Assembly: GCA_027623195.1 (NCBI GenBank)
Contig: JAQBUT010000017.1
Coordinates: forward strand, 1-64,000
Direction: 5' to 3'
DNA from: Chloroflexota bacterium
GTDB lineage: Bacteria > Chloroflexota > Dehalococcoidia > Lucifugimonadales > JADFKI01
Length of the DNA: 64,000 nucleotides
Both the position numbers and the translations under genes were made by a program. Shown piece by piece: positions 28,516-38,567 of this stretch (the stretch's first letter is position 1; the number at the start of each line of letters is the position of its first letter). The notes below the pieces were generated by a model, which worked only from the letters and a program-made list of their open reading frames with translations, did not search any database and was not told where the DNA came from.

Positions 28516-29624
28516 TAACGCCCCCCTGCCAGCGAGTTTTTGCGCCACCTAAGAAGAATAAAGAAGAACGGCGCACCAAACAGCGCAGTTATCACGCCGA
28601 TAGGCAGCTCTTGCGGCTGGACGACTGTTCTTGCGCCAACGTCCACCCATATGAGAAAGATTGCACCGAATAGTGCGCTGGCCGGCAGCACTCGCCTGTG
28701 GTCGGAGCCGACTACCAGCCGGACCATGTGCGGAATCATCAGGCCAACGAAGCCCACCGGGCCCGCTATGGCTACAAGCACTCCGGTCAGCAGTGCGGAA
28801 ACGGCCAACAAGAGGAATCTGAACTTCTGAGGGTCAACCCCAAGGGCGTTCGCCGTTTCCTCGCCAGCCAGCAGCGCGTTCATGGACCTCGAATTCAAGA
28901 CCAGCAGAAGAGTGCCAATGACGACCACTACGGCGGGCAACACCAGGAATTCCCACTTGGCGCCTGCCAGACTGCCCAACAGCCAGAATACCACCGCCCT
29001 AACTGCCCTCTCGTCCCCTATGAATAGAACGAGGCTAGTAACCGCCGTAAGAATATAGGCAGTAGCCACGCCTGCCAGAATGAAGCGCGTAGGAGAGATG
29101 CCCCCCGAGCCCTGAGCTAGGGTCATGACGATAAGAAAAGAGCCTACCGCGCCCGCGAAGGCCGCTATCGAGAGCGAATACGGAGGGAAAAGGTCGTACC
29201 CCAGCATCAGCACGCTTACGGCGCCAACCGAAGCCCCCGCCGAGGTTCCAAGAATGTAGGGGTCGGCTAGTGGGTTTCGGACGGTGGCCTGCATCGATAC
29301 GCCCACTACCGCGAGGCCCGCACCAACAAGGCCGCCAAGCAACACCCTGGGCATTCGAATCAGCCATGCAATCTGATCCTGGCCCCTGGTCCAGTCGCCC
29401 TGCTCCATACCGAATGTGTGTACGCCGATGATCTCCCAGACCGTCAGCGGCGATATGTATACTGGTCCGATGGTGACTGCCAGCGTAACGGATAGCAGCA
29501 GGAGCGCCGACAGGGCCGCGACTAACACCCCGAACTTCGCGCGCGTGTCCATCATCTCCCCCTGCGCAAGCAGACGGGAAATGGCCAACCTCGGCATTAC
29601 GGGCATGGTCCAGCTTTTCAACAT
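28515..29624 (-). CDS. FecCD/BtuC family ABC permease
   Basis: IR.PR, RNPLADP.ILG, GFVGL.IPH..R, ELPIG; true start may be near 29555. Confidence 0.9.
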   Translation of the reverse strand: MLKSWTMPVMPRLAISRLLAQGEMMDTRAKFGVLVAALSALLLLSVTLAVTIGPVYISPLTVWEIIGVHTFGMEQGDWTRGQDQIAWLIRMPRVLLGGLVGAGLAVVGVSMQATVRNPLADPYILGTSAGASVGAVSVLMLGYDLFPPYSLSIAAFAGAVGSFLIVMTLAQGSGGISPTRFILAGVATAYILTAVTSLVLFIGDERAVRAVVFWLLGSLAGAKWEFLVLPAVVVVIGTLLLVLNSRSMNALLAGEETANALGVDPQKFRFLLLAVSALLTGVLVAIAGPVGFVGLMIPHMVRLVVGSDHRRVLPASALFGAIFLIWVDVGARTVVQPQELPIGVITALFGAPFFFILLRWRKNSLAGGR

Positions 29625-29651
29625 TTAGCGTACTCTTCGATTCGTTTGCGG

Positions 29652-30677
29652 CTAAGGAAACTTTTCCGGGTACAGTCCTTCAGCTATCAGTCGTATGGCA
29701 GTCTGGTTACGTATTCCCGGCACCAGGGAACTGAACTTGAGTATCACGAAACGTTCATTTTGCACCGCCGCGATTTGGGAGAGGACCGGACTGTTGTTCA
29801 GCAGTTCAATTTTCTCCTCGGCCGTTGACCAGACCGCATCTGTCAGGATGATAACTTCGGGGTCGCGGTCGATGACCTCCTCCCAACTAACAGTGCTCCA
29901 GCGGCCCTCGACGTCATCGAAAACGTTAGTGCCGCCGGCCTCTTCGATGAGAGGCGTGACCAGACCGCAGCAAACAGGTGTGTAAGGCGCGTCATCGCCG
30001 GAATCGTACAGGAAGGCACGAACAGGCTCGCCAACGACTCCTATGGATGACCGTATAGCTTGCAAATCGCCCTTAATGGACGTGACCAGCGCGGCCGCTC
30101 TCTCCGGCACACCGAATATGGCGCCCATGTTCATGATGTCGGCATAAACGTCCTCCATCGTGTCCGGGCCTTCATCGCAGACCGCATGCGTAAGGTAAGA
30201 GTCGATTCCCAGCGTCATTAATCCTTCTTGGGAACCTGCATTCAGGTCGTCGAAGGAGCTGCTGAAGCCGCCGTAAATGAAGTCCGGCTCCGCGTTCAAC
30301 AGGACCTCCCGGGAAGGGTACTCCTCGGCCAGCACTTCGATAGATTCGTAGGCATCCTGAAACTCCGGCAAGATGAAATCATCGATGTACGCCGTCCCCA
30401 CCATATGGTCCTGTAGTTCCAACGCCAGCATCAATTCCGTTACGTGCTGGTTCATTGTGACGGCCCGTTCCGGCGGCGCCTCGTAGGTGAACGTAATGCC
30501 ACAGTTCTCGATAGTGACCGGAAACAGGGCCATCTCGGAATCTGCCTCAGCCGTGGGCTGAACGGCAACGGCAGGAGCCTCCCCGGCGCTTGGCGGGCCC
30601 TGCTGCTCATCACCACTGCAGGCCAGGGCCACGAAAAGCAGTCCAATCAGGCCTGTGAAAAATAATAGCGACTTCAT
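29652..30677 (-). CDS. ABC substrate-binding lipoprotein (BtuF/Fe-siderophore class)
   Basis: Lipobox LAC, PERAV, E.LL...PD, VSWE.V...DPEVI. Confidence 0.88.
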   Translation of the reverse strand: MKSLLFFTGLIGLLFVALACSGDEQQGPPSAGEAPAVAVQPTAEADSEMALFPVTIENCGITFTYEAPPERAVTMNQHVTELMLALELQDHMVGTAYIDDFILPEFQDAYESIEVLAEEYPSREVLLNAEPDFIYGGFSSSFDDLNAGSQEGLMTLGIDSYLTHAVCDEGPDTMEDVYADIMNMGAIFGVPERAAALVTSIKGDLQAIRSSIGVVGEPVRAFLYDSGDDAPYTPVCCGLVTPLIEEAGGTNVFDDVEGRWSTVSWEEVIDRDPEVIILTDAVWSTAEEKIELLNNSPVLSQIAAVQNERFVILKFSSLVPGIRNQTAIRLIAEGLYPEKFP

Positions 30678-30687
30678 GCTCCTACCT

Positions 30688-32691
30688 TCACCCGTCTCTA
30701 CGTTGGTCTATCGCACCACGTACCGCCGAGCGGATAGCATCCGCCCGCAACTCCTGCAGTGGAATGTACTCCCCACCGAGGGCATCAGCTACGGTCTGGA
30801 CCAGGCCGAAACGGTTTGATCTGGGCGCAGGGTCCAGCACTACCGACTGCACTTTGTCCTCTCGGAAAATCTCGCAGACCCGCAACGCCTCCTCGAAGGG
30901 ATCGCCGCCTCGAGAGCTGAAGTTGGCTCGGCAGTCCGAAACCAACACAAGCAAGGGAGGAGTGTCAGGGTCGCGCTGCTTATGTTGCGCGATGATCTTC
31001 CGAGCATCCAGCAGGGCATCGGCAAGAGGCGTTCGGCCGCCCGTGGGCAGTGAGTCCAGCCTATCCTGCGCCAACTTTGCGCTACCCGTTGGCGGCAAGA
31101 CAACCTCCGAGGATGTTCCTCGAAATGCTACCATCGCCACACGGTCCCGCCGCTGATAGGCGTCCAGCAGCAGAGATATCACCGCACCCTTGGTGGCCAC
31201 CATGCGTTGCTGCGCCCCCATGGAACCACTGGCATCCACAACGAATACCACCAGGTTGCCCACCCTAGACTCCCGAACTTTTTGACGCAGGTCCCACGGC
31301 TCTATCTGCAATGCCAGGTTATTGTCGGTGTACGACTGTCGCCTTTTTTGAAACGGCGCTGCTACCCGTACCGTGGCGTCCAGCGCCAGGTCGGTAATCT
31401 TACCAATTGGCAGCACCGCATCTACGTAACGGCCTCTACGGTCGCGCACCTGGCTGGTTGTCCGCCTGCCGTGGCTAGCACGCTGACGCTGGTCAAGCGC
31501 GCTGAGATTCAAGGGTTTGACCTGGAACGACTCCCCGGTCTGAAATACGTTCTCGTCCGACCCGCCGTTGGACGGCTTTTCGTCCTTAGGAGGTTCCGGT
31601 GGCGGCGTGCCCCCTAAATCAGGACTGCTCTGATTGGATGGCGGTGGCTCATTTTCCATGAGCTCCTGGGCCATCTCCTGAAGCTTTTCCCTGTTCATTT
31701 CAGGATCGTCGAAGGGCTGGCGGCGCATTCGATGAAGCAGCGCCATCTCCGCCACCTCAAGCACGTCATCGAAGGTAACGCTGGTGCGCCCTCGATAGGC
31801 CGCCAACGTCTGGGACGCCTTGTAGATGACGATGTCGGCCCTCAGGCCATCAACGCCATGCTCGGCGCACAGTCTGGCAATGAATGTCAGTGTCGCGTCA
31901 TCGACCGTCACAGACGACAGGAGGTCCTTGGCGGACGCAATCTTGGCTCGCTCCTCCAACTCTAGCTCTTCCCACTTCGGCCTAAAGGAAGCGGGGTCAG
32001 ACTCGTAAGCAATACGCCGCTTTACGACCTCTACTCTACGCTCCGGGTCGGAGATGTGGTCAATCTCCACGGCCAAGCCGAACCGGTCTATGAACTGCGG
32101 CCTCAGGTCGCCCTCTTCCGGGTTCATGGTGCCGATGAGCAGAAACTGGGCCGGATGCCAAAAGGATATGCCTTCGCGCTCCACGAAGTTACGACTCATA
32201 GCGGCAGAGTCCAACAGCACGTCAACGACATGGTCGTTAAGCAGGTTAACCTCGTCGATGTACAAAATGCCTCTGTGGGCGGACGCCAGCAGGCCCGGCT
32301 CGAAACGCCTCTGCCCCTCGCGAATGGCCGACTCGATATCCAGTGTGCCGACCACGGCCTCCTCAGTGGCGCTAACCGGCAACTCCACCAGGCGCACCTG
32401 TCGCCGGACGGATTGCCGTGTTTCGTTGCCATGACAAAAGCTGCAATCAGAGAATGGCGAGGCAGGGTCACAGCTATAGGGGCAGCCTGTCACCACATCC
32501 AGCTCAGGCAACAGCGCAGCAAGCGACCTGGCAGCCGTAGACTTGGCGGTGCCCTTTTCGCCGCGAATCAGCACGCCGCCTATGCCTGGATTTATTGCGT
32601 TTAGGATAAGCGCCAGCTTCATGCGCTCCTGGCCCACGATGGCGCTGAACGGAAAAATCCTGTCTTGTGCAATCTGGCTCTGTTGGCTCAT
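30688..32691 (-). CDS. Chelatase ATPase subunit, ChlI/ChlD type (AAA+, Pro-rich linker, vWA); probable CobN partner
   Basis: FPFSAIVGQ, GEKGTAKS, LYIDEVNLL, MNPEEG.LRPQ..DRFG, vWA DASGSM...GGRTPL. Confidence 0.88.
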   Translation of the reverse strand: MSQQSQIAQDRIFPFSAIVGQERMKLALILNAINPGIGGVLIRGEKGTAKSTAARSLAALLPELDVVTGCPYSCDPASPFSDCSFCHGNETRQSVRRQVRLVELPVSATEEAVVGTLDIESAIREGQRRFEPGLLASAHRGILYIDEVNLLNDHVVDVLLDSAAMSRNFVEREGISFWHPAQFLLIGTMNPEEGDLRPQFIDRFGLAVEIDHISDPERRVEVVKRRIAYESDPASFRPKWEELELEERAKIASAKDLLSSVTVDDATLTFIARLCAEHGVDGLRADIVIYKASQTLAAYRGRTSVTFDDVLEVAEMALLHRMRRQPFDDPEMNREKLQEMAQELMENEPPPSNQSSPDLGGTPPPEPPKDEKPSNGGSDENVFQTGESFQVKPLNLSALDQRQRASHGRRTTSQVRDRRGRYVDAVLPIGKITDLALDATVRVAAPFQKRRQSYTDNNLALQIEPWDLRQKVRESRVGNLVVFVVDASGSMGAQQRMVATKGAVISLLLDAYQRRDRVAMVAFRGTSSEVVLPPTGSAKLAQDRLDSLPTGGRTPLADALLDARKIIAQHKQRDPDTPPLLVLVSDCRANFSSRGGDPFEEALRVCEIFREDKVQSVVLDPAPRSNRFGLVQTVADALGGEYIPLQELRADAIRSAVRGAIDQRRDG

Positions 32692-33461
32692 TGCCCGCTC
32701 CCCGATCCATTCAACGACCGCTGCACCTTGGCAAGAAACTCCACGACATGTGGCAGCACCTGCTCCTTGTGCAAAAACGCCTGGTCGTGGTTAAGGCCCG
32801 GCAATGAGAAGAACCTGGCGTTGGGCAACTGGCCAGCGAACTCCTTTGTAAGCATGTTGCGCTCATCGGCCTCTCCAGTGAACAGCAACACCGGCACCTG
32901 TAAACCCTTCGCGATCTGCTCCACTTCAAAGGGAGGCCAGTCCATTATCTTTTTGCGGAAGGCAATGAACACGTCGTAATCCTTGGGGTCGCGCCTGGAC
33001 TCCTCGCCTGCCAATATTGCGTCCCGCCGCTGTTCCCACCGGACGACGGCCTTCACATCATCGGCCTTCTGCTCTGCGGTTCGGGCAAAGGGATGCTGTC
33101 CGCCAAGAACAAATGAATAAAATCGATCGGGCGAATACACCGCCAGCGAGTAGCCGGCCCTGGCGCCCATGGAGTAACCAAAGCAATGCGCCTTATCGAT
33201 ACCCTCAGCGTCCATCGCAGCGATCACGTCAGAGGCCATAAAATGCGGTTCGTAATCCTCGGCCGCGTACAACTGGTCGCTTGCACCATGTCCACGCGCG
33301 TCCATCATCAAAAGCTTATAGCTGTCTTTCAGCGCGTCCACGTAGCCGCCCTTCTGAAACTGCACCATCGACGTAGTCAGCCCATGCAACAGCACCAGCG
33401 GCGGGCCATCGCCCTCCACGTGGTAGTGGATCTTCACTCCATTGTTATCTACGAATGGCAT
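32688..33461 (-). CDS. Alpha/beta hydrolase
   Basis: LLHG, DARGHG.S, GYSMG nucleophile elbow, GEAD, GLNH. Confidence 0.88.
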   Translation of the reverse strand: MPFVDNNGVKIHYHVEGDGPPLVLLHGLTTSMVQFQKGGYVDALKDSYKLLMMDARGHGASDQLYAAEDYEPHFMASDVIAAMDAEGIDKAHCFGYSMGARAGYSLAVYSPDRFYSFVLGGQHPFARTAEQKADDVKAVVRWEQRRDAILAGEESRRDPKDYDVFIAFRKKIMDWPPFEVEQIAKGLQVPVLLFTGEADERNMLTKEFAGQLPNARFFSLPGLNHDQAFLHKEQVLPHVVEFLAKVQRSLNGSGSGQ

Positions 33462-34237
33462 TATGCTATCTTCGAACCGACTTTCTGGTTAACGTTTGCA
33501 AGGAACTGTCTTACATGGGGCAAGGCCTCGTGGCTGTACCTGAACCCCTGCCCGTGGTCCAGACCCGGAAGCGACACGAACTCGGCATTCGGCATCTGCT
33601 CCGCGCACCGCTTGACATCTTGAAATAACGAATCAGCCTCGCCGACGTAAACGAAGCATGGCATGGTCATAGTGGGAATGATGTCCGAGTTGTCGGGACG
33701 GTCCTTGGTCAGGGCACGAAGGGCCTTCAGATCGTTGGCCTGCTTGCGAACCCTGTACCAATCTGAGTCGGCCCGTTCCGGCGCGCTGGCAAGGGCATTC
33801 TTGATGTAGGCTTCCATGTCACCCCGCTCAAATGCCCTTCGTGTTGCCGCCATGCTGCGCTCGTACGGATGCGACGCCCCAATGACCAGCGCGGTGAAAC
33901 GCTCCGGCGCGTACTTGGCAAGTCCGTAGCCAATGTAGCCGCCCATGGAGTACCCAAAGTAGCCGGCCTTATCTATGCCTAGCTCGTTCAGCACGCCAAC
34001 GATATCCGACACGGACGTCTCCAGCGAGTAGCTGTCAGGGCCGTGTGGCTTACCGCTGTACCCGTGCCCACGATGGTCTATCAGAATAAGCCGGTAGTCG
34101 TCTTTCAGGCCGCTGACCCAACCGTTCTCGTGCCAGTCTGCGATGGAGCCGCTGGTGCCATGCATCAGCACAAGAGGCGGCCCCTGGCCATCCACCTGGT
34201 AATGAATCTGAACACCGTTGTTATCAAAGTAAGGCAT
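33461..34237 (-). CDS. Alpha/beta hydrolase (paralog of the adjacent gene)
   Basis: LMHG, DHRGHG.S, GYSMG, GEAD, GLDH; start set to ATG 34237 (MPYFDNNG), matching the paralog N-terminus. Confidence 0.88.
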   Translation of the reverse strand: MPYFDNNGVQIHYQVDGQGPPLVLMHGTSGSIADWHENGWVSGLKDDYRLILIDHRGHGYSGKPHGPDSYSLETSVSDIVGVLNELGIDKAGYFGYSMGGYIGYGLAKYAPERFTALVIGASHPYERSMAATRRAFERGDMEAYIKNALASAPERADSDWYRVRKQANDLKALRALTKDRPDNSDIIPTMTMPCFVYVGEADSLFQDVKRCAEQMPNAEFVSLPGLDHGQGFRYSHEALPHVRQFLANVNQKVGSKIA

Positions 34238-34245
34238 GTCTCTCG

Positions 34246-37200
34246 CTAATCCCCCGTAACCTGGCGCTCCTGGCGCTCCTCCAAAACCGCCTCGGTTTGG
34301 AGGTACACCCGGCGCAACTCGCTCAGTGTTTCTTCCGACGGATTCTCCCACATATCGCGATCAGCCGCCTCCATCAGGCGCTCCGCGATTGCCCGAAGCG
34401 CCCAAGGATTGCTCTCCTTGAAAAACTCCTGCATAGCCGGGTCCAGAACGTAGGCCTCAGTAACCTCCTGGTACATCCAGTCGTCGATGATCTGGGCCGT
34501 TGCATCGTACCCGAAGATGTAATCAACAGTTGCGGCCAGCTCGAAAGCGCCCTTGTAGCCGTGACGCTTCATGGAGTCCATCCATTTGGGATTGACCACG
34601 CGGCTGCGGAACACCCGCCGAGCCTCTTCTTTCAGGTCCCGCGTCTTTAGCTGACTGGGGTCTGCGGAATCGCCGAAGAACTGCCTAGGGTTCTCTCCTG
34701 CCAGGTGGCGAACGGTGGCAATCATGCCGCCGTGAAACTGCATGTAGTCATCCGAGTCAAAGATGTCATGCTCTCGGTTGTCCTGGTTTTTCGTCGCTAC
34801 GTCTATTGTGGCAAACCTTCTGCGGAACTCCTTGATTGCGCTCACGCCGTGCCGCTGCCTGGTGTAGGCGTAAGACCCCCATGCCGTGTAGACGTTGGCC
34901 AGGTCCTCGTCAGACTGCCAGTTCCCCTGGTCTATGGCCTGCAGAATGCCAGCGCCGTAGCTCCCGGGCTTGCTGCCAAAGATTCTGAACAGGGACTCTG
35001 ATTCAGCGTCTTCCTGATTTGCGCCCTCCGCCTTTTTCTCAGCGATGTCGGCGTTGTAGTGTTTAAGAATGAAGTTTTTGTCCTCGGGCTCTTCCAGACC
35101 AATCACGCTCTGGAAGGCGTCATCCATCAGCCCAATAAGGTTCTGGAAGGCATCGCGGAAGAAACCGCTGATGCGGACGGTAACGTCGATGCGCGGCCGC
35201 CCCAGCTCCTCTAGCGACATGATCTCCAGGCCGGACACGCGACGGCTCTCCTCTTGCCACACAGGCCTTACGCCCATGAGCGCAAGTATCTGCGAGATGT
35301 CGTCGCCGTGCGTGCGCATGGCCGACGTTCCCCAGACTGATATGCCGACCGACTCAGGATACTCACCTTCGTCCTTGAGGTAGCGTTCCGCCAGGGAGTC
35401 AGCTAACTCTTTGCCAATCTGCCACGAAGTTTCAGAGGGCAGACTGCGCGGGTCCATAGAGTAGAAGTTGCGGCCTGTAGGCAGGACGCCAGCCATGCCC
35501 CGTGTCGGCGCGCCGGCGGGCCCAGGCGAGATGAATCCCCCATCGAAGCCACGCAGCAGCGCTGTAATTTCGTTGGTGGTTTGCGCCAGGGCCGGTCGAA
35601 TGTGGCTACAGACGTATTCCAGAACGTCGGGAACCCGACCTCCCTTTTCCAGGAGGCTACCCACGATACCCTGAACGGCCTCTGCATCAAATCCACCAAC
35701 GGCTGATGTTTCCAAAAGGTTGCGGGCTATGGCCTCTAGTCGCTCTATGACGTCGCCGGCGCTGTGGATTGGCTCGGATTCGCTGACAGTAGTCAGTATC
35801 GAGGGCAGGTCATCAGCATTAACAGCGACAGCTCTGTCCTTCATCATCGCCTGGTAATCCAGGCCCAGCGCATCGCCGATGGCGTGACGCAGGCCTGGGA
35901 CGTCCCCATTGTTGAGCCGCGTGAGCGAAAGCAGAAGACCGGTCAGCATCTCGCCCTCAGGAGGCTCGCCTAGCGTGTGGAGCCCGTCGCGGATTTGCGC
36001 GTCCTTAAGCTCGCAGATGTAACCGTCAATGTGCAGAATGAAGTCATCGAAATCATCAGGAATCTCGTTAACGCCCAGGTCCTCGTTGAGGCGCGCCTTT
36101 TGCACGACCTCCCAAATCTGCTGGCGTAGTATGGGCAGCTTCTGCGGGTCCATGCCCGCCGCCGTGGCGTACTCGTCCATAAGCTGCTCACAGCGCGTTA
36201 TGTCGCCGTAGCTGTCCGCAGTGGTCATGGCTGGCACCAGGTGGTCGATGATAACGGCATGGGTCCGGCGCTTGGCCTGCGTACCCTCTCCAGGATTGTT
36301 GATGATGAAGGGGTAGAAGTGCGGAATATCCGGCAGGCACACCTCAGGGAAGCATGAGCGAGACAATCCCACGCCCTTGCCCGGCAGCCACTCAAGGGTA
36401 CCGTGCTTACCCAGATGCAAGATCGCATCCGCCTTGTAGTCGTCACGAAGCCAACGGTAGAAGGCCACGTAATGATGCGTGGGCATGAACTCAGGGCTGT
36501 GGTAGATGGCGATAGGATTCTCGCCGAAACCACGCGAGGGCTGTATGCCTATAAAGACGTTGCCGAAGCTAACACCCGCCATGAAGAGATGCCCATCGTC
36601 GGTGTAGACCGTTCCCGGCGGGTCACCCCAGCTCTTTGTCATTTTCTCCTGAACGTCCGCTGGAAAGCTGGAAAGCTGCTTACTGTACACCTCTTTGGAT
36701 ACGCGGCCCTCGGCGTTGCGCATCTGGTCCGGCGTCAGGAACTCCACGTCGTACGTGCAGCGCTCGATAAGCTCACGCATCAGGGCATCGCCATCTTCGG
36801 GTATGCCGTCTACCGTGTAGCCTGCATCCTTCATGGCGTTCAGGACGTTGATAGCTGAGGCGGGCGTGTCCAAACCAACCGCGTTACCCAAGCGGGAGGC
36901 CTTGGTCGGGTAGTTGCTGAGTACAAAGGCGATCTTACGGTCTGCAACAGGAATGCGGCTGAGCTTGGCATACCGCGAAGTAAGCGAAGCCAACGACCTT
37001 ATCTGCTCGATATCAGGCACGTAGCGCTTGACCGTACTCATCAAATCGCCGCCGCCGTTAGAGGCAACAGACTCCTTAAAGGAGACAGGCACCGTTATGA
37101 TGCGTCCGTCCAACTCAGGCAATGCGACGTTCATCGCGATGTCCAGTGGACTCAGGCCTATGTCGCGCGCCTGCCAATCGGCTTGTGATTCCGTGGACAC

Positions 37201-38076
37201 GATGGCCTGGAGGATAGGTACGTCCAACTGCTCCAGTACCTTGATATCCCAGCCAACCTCGGCGTTGGCGCTATCAGAGATCCCTGGCTGGTGGCTCATG
37301 GCGAAGCTCTGTGTGCAAATCACCACGTCTACTATGGCCTTGCCATCTCCGTCCATCAGGTACTTGTGGAACACCGCGCCGTTATTTTCCCTCAGGCTGG
37401 AGCAGAACACAGGCATCACGTTACAGCCCTGCGCTTCTACCTCCTCCACAATGGCGTCGACGAATTCCAGGTTGGAGCTAACCCAGTGGGCCCTGTAAAA
37501 GAGCAGCGCCGCAGTAGGTTTTTCAGGAACATAATGGCTTTGCCGATAATCTTTGGCGCTAAGAGCATCCAGGCTGCCAGGTCGATATATGCCGTCGGAA
37601 GCCAGTGGCTTGGGTGGCTCGTAGCCGTACTCCGTGCCCAACACCTCGTCACTGAGAAAGCGCAGTACGTTGGCTATGTTGACCACGCCGCCGTGGTTCA
37701 GGTATTCAAAGCTGTTTTGGGCAACAATGGCAGGTGTCGAGGAACGGCGCTCGAATACCACGTCGCGGGCGGGCTCGCCGGAGCAGGCGACCATGGGCGT
37801 ATTGCCCTCCCTGCAAGCGGCCTCAAGAGAGCCAAAATGCTCGCCTAGCGCCTTGTCTCCACCCAGCAATCTCAGCAGCACAAGGTCCGCCCCCGGCAGC
37901 GTATCGCTGAGGAATTTTTCGAAGGCCTGTTCGTCCTGCACCAAGGAGAGCGGGTTGATGGCCTGCGTATTACGCAGCCCTTCCGGCATTTTCCCTATAG
38001 CCCCGCTCAGAGCCAAAATATCCGTGTCCGATGTGGTCAGAAATAAAATCATGGGCCAGCTTTCAGCAGTTGGCAT
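34246..38076 (-). CDS. cobN: Cobaltochelatase large subunit
   Basis: 1276 aa; N.ALPE.DGR, HLGKHGTLEWLPGK, GEG.QAKRR, LPTGRNFYS, RIDVT.RISGFFRD, RVVNPKW. Confidence 0.95.
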   Translation of the reverse strand: MPTAESWPMILFLTTSDTDILALSGAIGKMPEGLRNTQAINPLSLVQDEQAFEKFLSDTLPGADLVLLRLLGGDKALGEHFGSLEAACREGNTPMVACSGEPARDVVFERRSSTPAIVAQNSFEYLNHGGVVNIANVLRFLSDEVLGTEYGYEPPKPLASDGIYRPGSLDALSAKDYRQSHYVPEKPTAALLFYRAHWVSSNLEFVDAIVEEVEAQGCNVMPVFCSSLRENNGAVFHKYLMDGDGKAIVDVVICTQSFAMSHQPGISDSANAEVGWDIKVLEQLDVPILQAIVSTESQADWQARDIGLSPLDIAMNVALPELDGRIITVPVSFKESVASNGGGDLMSTVKRYVPDIEQIRSLASLTSRYAKLSRIPVADRKIAFVLSNYPTKASRLGNAVGLDTPASAINVLNAMKDAGYTVDGIPEDGDALMRELIERCTYDVEFLTPDQMRNAEGRVSKEVYSKQLSSFPADVQEKMTKSWGDPPGTVYTDDGHLFMAGVSFGNVFIGIQPSRGFGENPIAIYHSPEFMPTHHYVAFYRWLRDDYKADAILHLGKHGTLEWLPGKGVGLSRSCFPEVCLPDIPHFYPFIINNPGEGTQAKRRTHAVIIDHLVPAMTTADSYGDITRCEQLMDEYATAAGMDPQKLPILRQQIWEVVQKARLNEDLGVNEIPDDFDDFILHIDGYICELKDAQIRDGLHTLGEPPEGEMLTGLLLSLTRLNNGDVPGLRHAIGDALGLDYQAMMKDRAVAVNADDLPSILTTVSESEPIHSAGDVIERLEAIARNLLETSAVGGFDAEAVQGIVGSLLEKGGRVPDVLEYVCSHIRPALAQTTNEITALLRGFDGGFISPGPAGAPTRGMAGVLPTGRNFYSMDPRSLPSETSWQIGKELADSLAERYLKDEGEYPESVGISVWGTSAMRTHGDDISQILALMGVRPVWQEESRRVSGLEIMSLEELGRPRIDVTVRISGFFRDAFQNLIGLMDDAFQSVIGLEEPEDKNFILKHYNADIAEKKAEGANQEDAESESLFRIFGSKPGSYGAGILQAIDQGNWQSDEDLANVYTAWGSYAYTRQRHGVSAIKEFRRRFATIDVATKNQDNREHDIFDSDDYMQFHGGMIATVRHLAGENPRQFFGDSADPSQLKTRDLKEEARRVFRSRVVNPKWMDSMKRHGYKGAFELAATVDYIFGYDATAQIIDDWMYQEVTEAYVLDPAMQEFFKESNPWALRAIAERLMEAADRDMWENPSEETLSELRRVYLQTEAVLEERQERQVTGD

Positions 38077-38141
38077 TTAGCAATCGGTCCAAGCCCTCTA
38101 AGAGATGCCTGATTCTGATAGCCATATGCTGACTGCTAAAT

Positions 38142-38172
38142 AAAAAAACTCCGACCTTCTTTTTGGTCGGAG
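38142..38172 (-). terminator. Riboswitch expression-platform terminator
   Basis: CTCCGACC-8 nt-GGTCGGAG followed by T7 on the minus strand, between the aptamer and cobN. Confidence 0.8.
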
Positions 38173-38246
38173 CCTCATCACGTAACCTCATCATAGAGGT
38201 AACGCATGGAAGGGCTTCCACCAGCGAGAAGCAAACTTCCAACGTC

Positions 38247-38457
38247 CCGGCAGGTCTCCTGACTTACGGATCGATGCTCGTGCGGCGCCTTCCCAGTCTG
38301 GTTAGACCAGTGGCATGCTGCCGCAAGCTCCCCGCTTACAGTGGCGCGGCCGTGAGGGACTCTCACCCTCTTCCCTTCCTTTAAGTCGCCGGCAATTCAC
38401 CTTGCAGACAGCAAACTCTTTTACGGAGCCATGCCTGTCGGCTACGAACCAACTACT
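38247..38457 (-). ncRNA. Cobalamin (B12) riboswitch
   Basis: Minus strand reads GGTTC...AAGGGAA.AGGGTGAGAGTCCCT...GCCACTGTAA...GCCACTG...TGGGAAGG...AAGTCAGGAGACCTGCC. Confidence 0.92.
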
Positions 38458-38567
38458 CTAAGGACTAACCCGGACATTGACCTGTGTGTTATTAAAAAAC
38501 GAATTTATGCAACGAGAGAAACTTTAACACCGCCGCAATAGGGTGTCAACTTGGGACAGGGTTTGCC

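Noticed and set aside
30688..32691. Programmed frameshift in the chlD-type gene yielding two subunits
   Set aside because: The gene is one uninterrupted ORF, and I found no in-frame X-XXY-YYZ slippery site or long A run at the Pro-rich linker.
34238..34351. Gly/Pro-rich N-terminal extension of the hydrolase given in the ORF track
   Set aside because: It overlaps the cobN 3' end; ATG 34237 matches the paralog's N-terminus.
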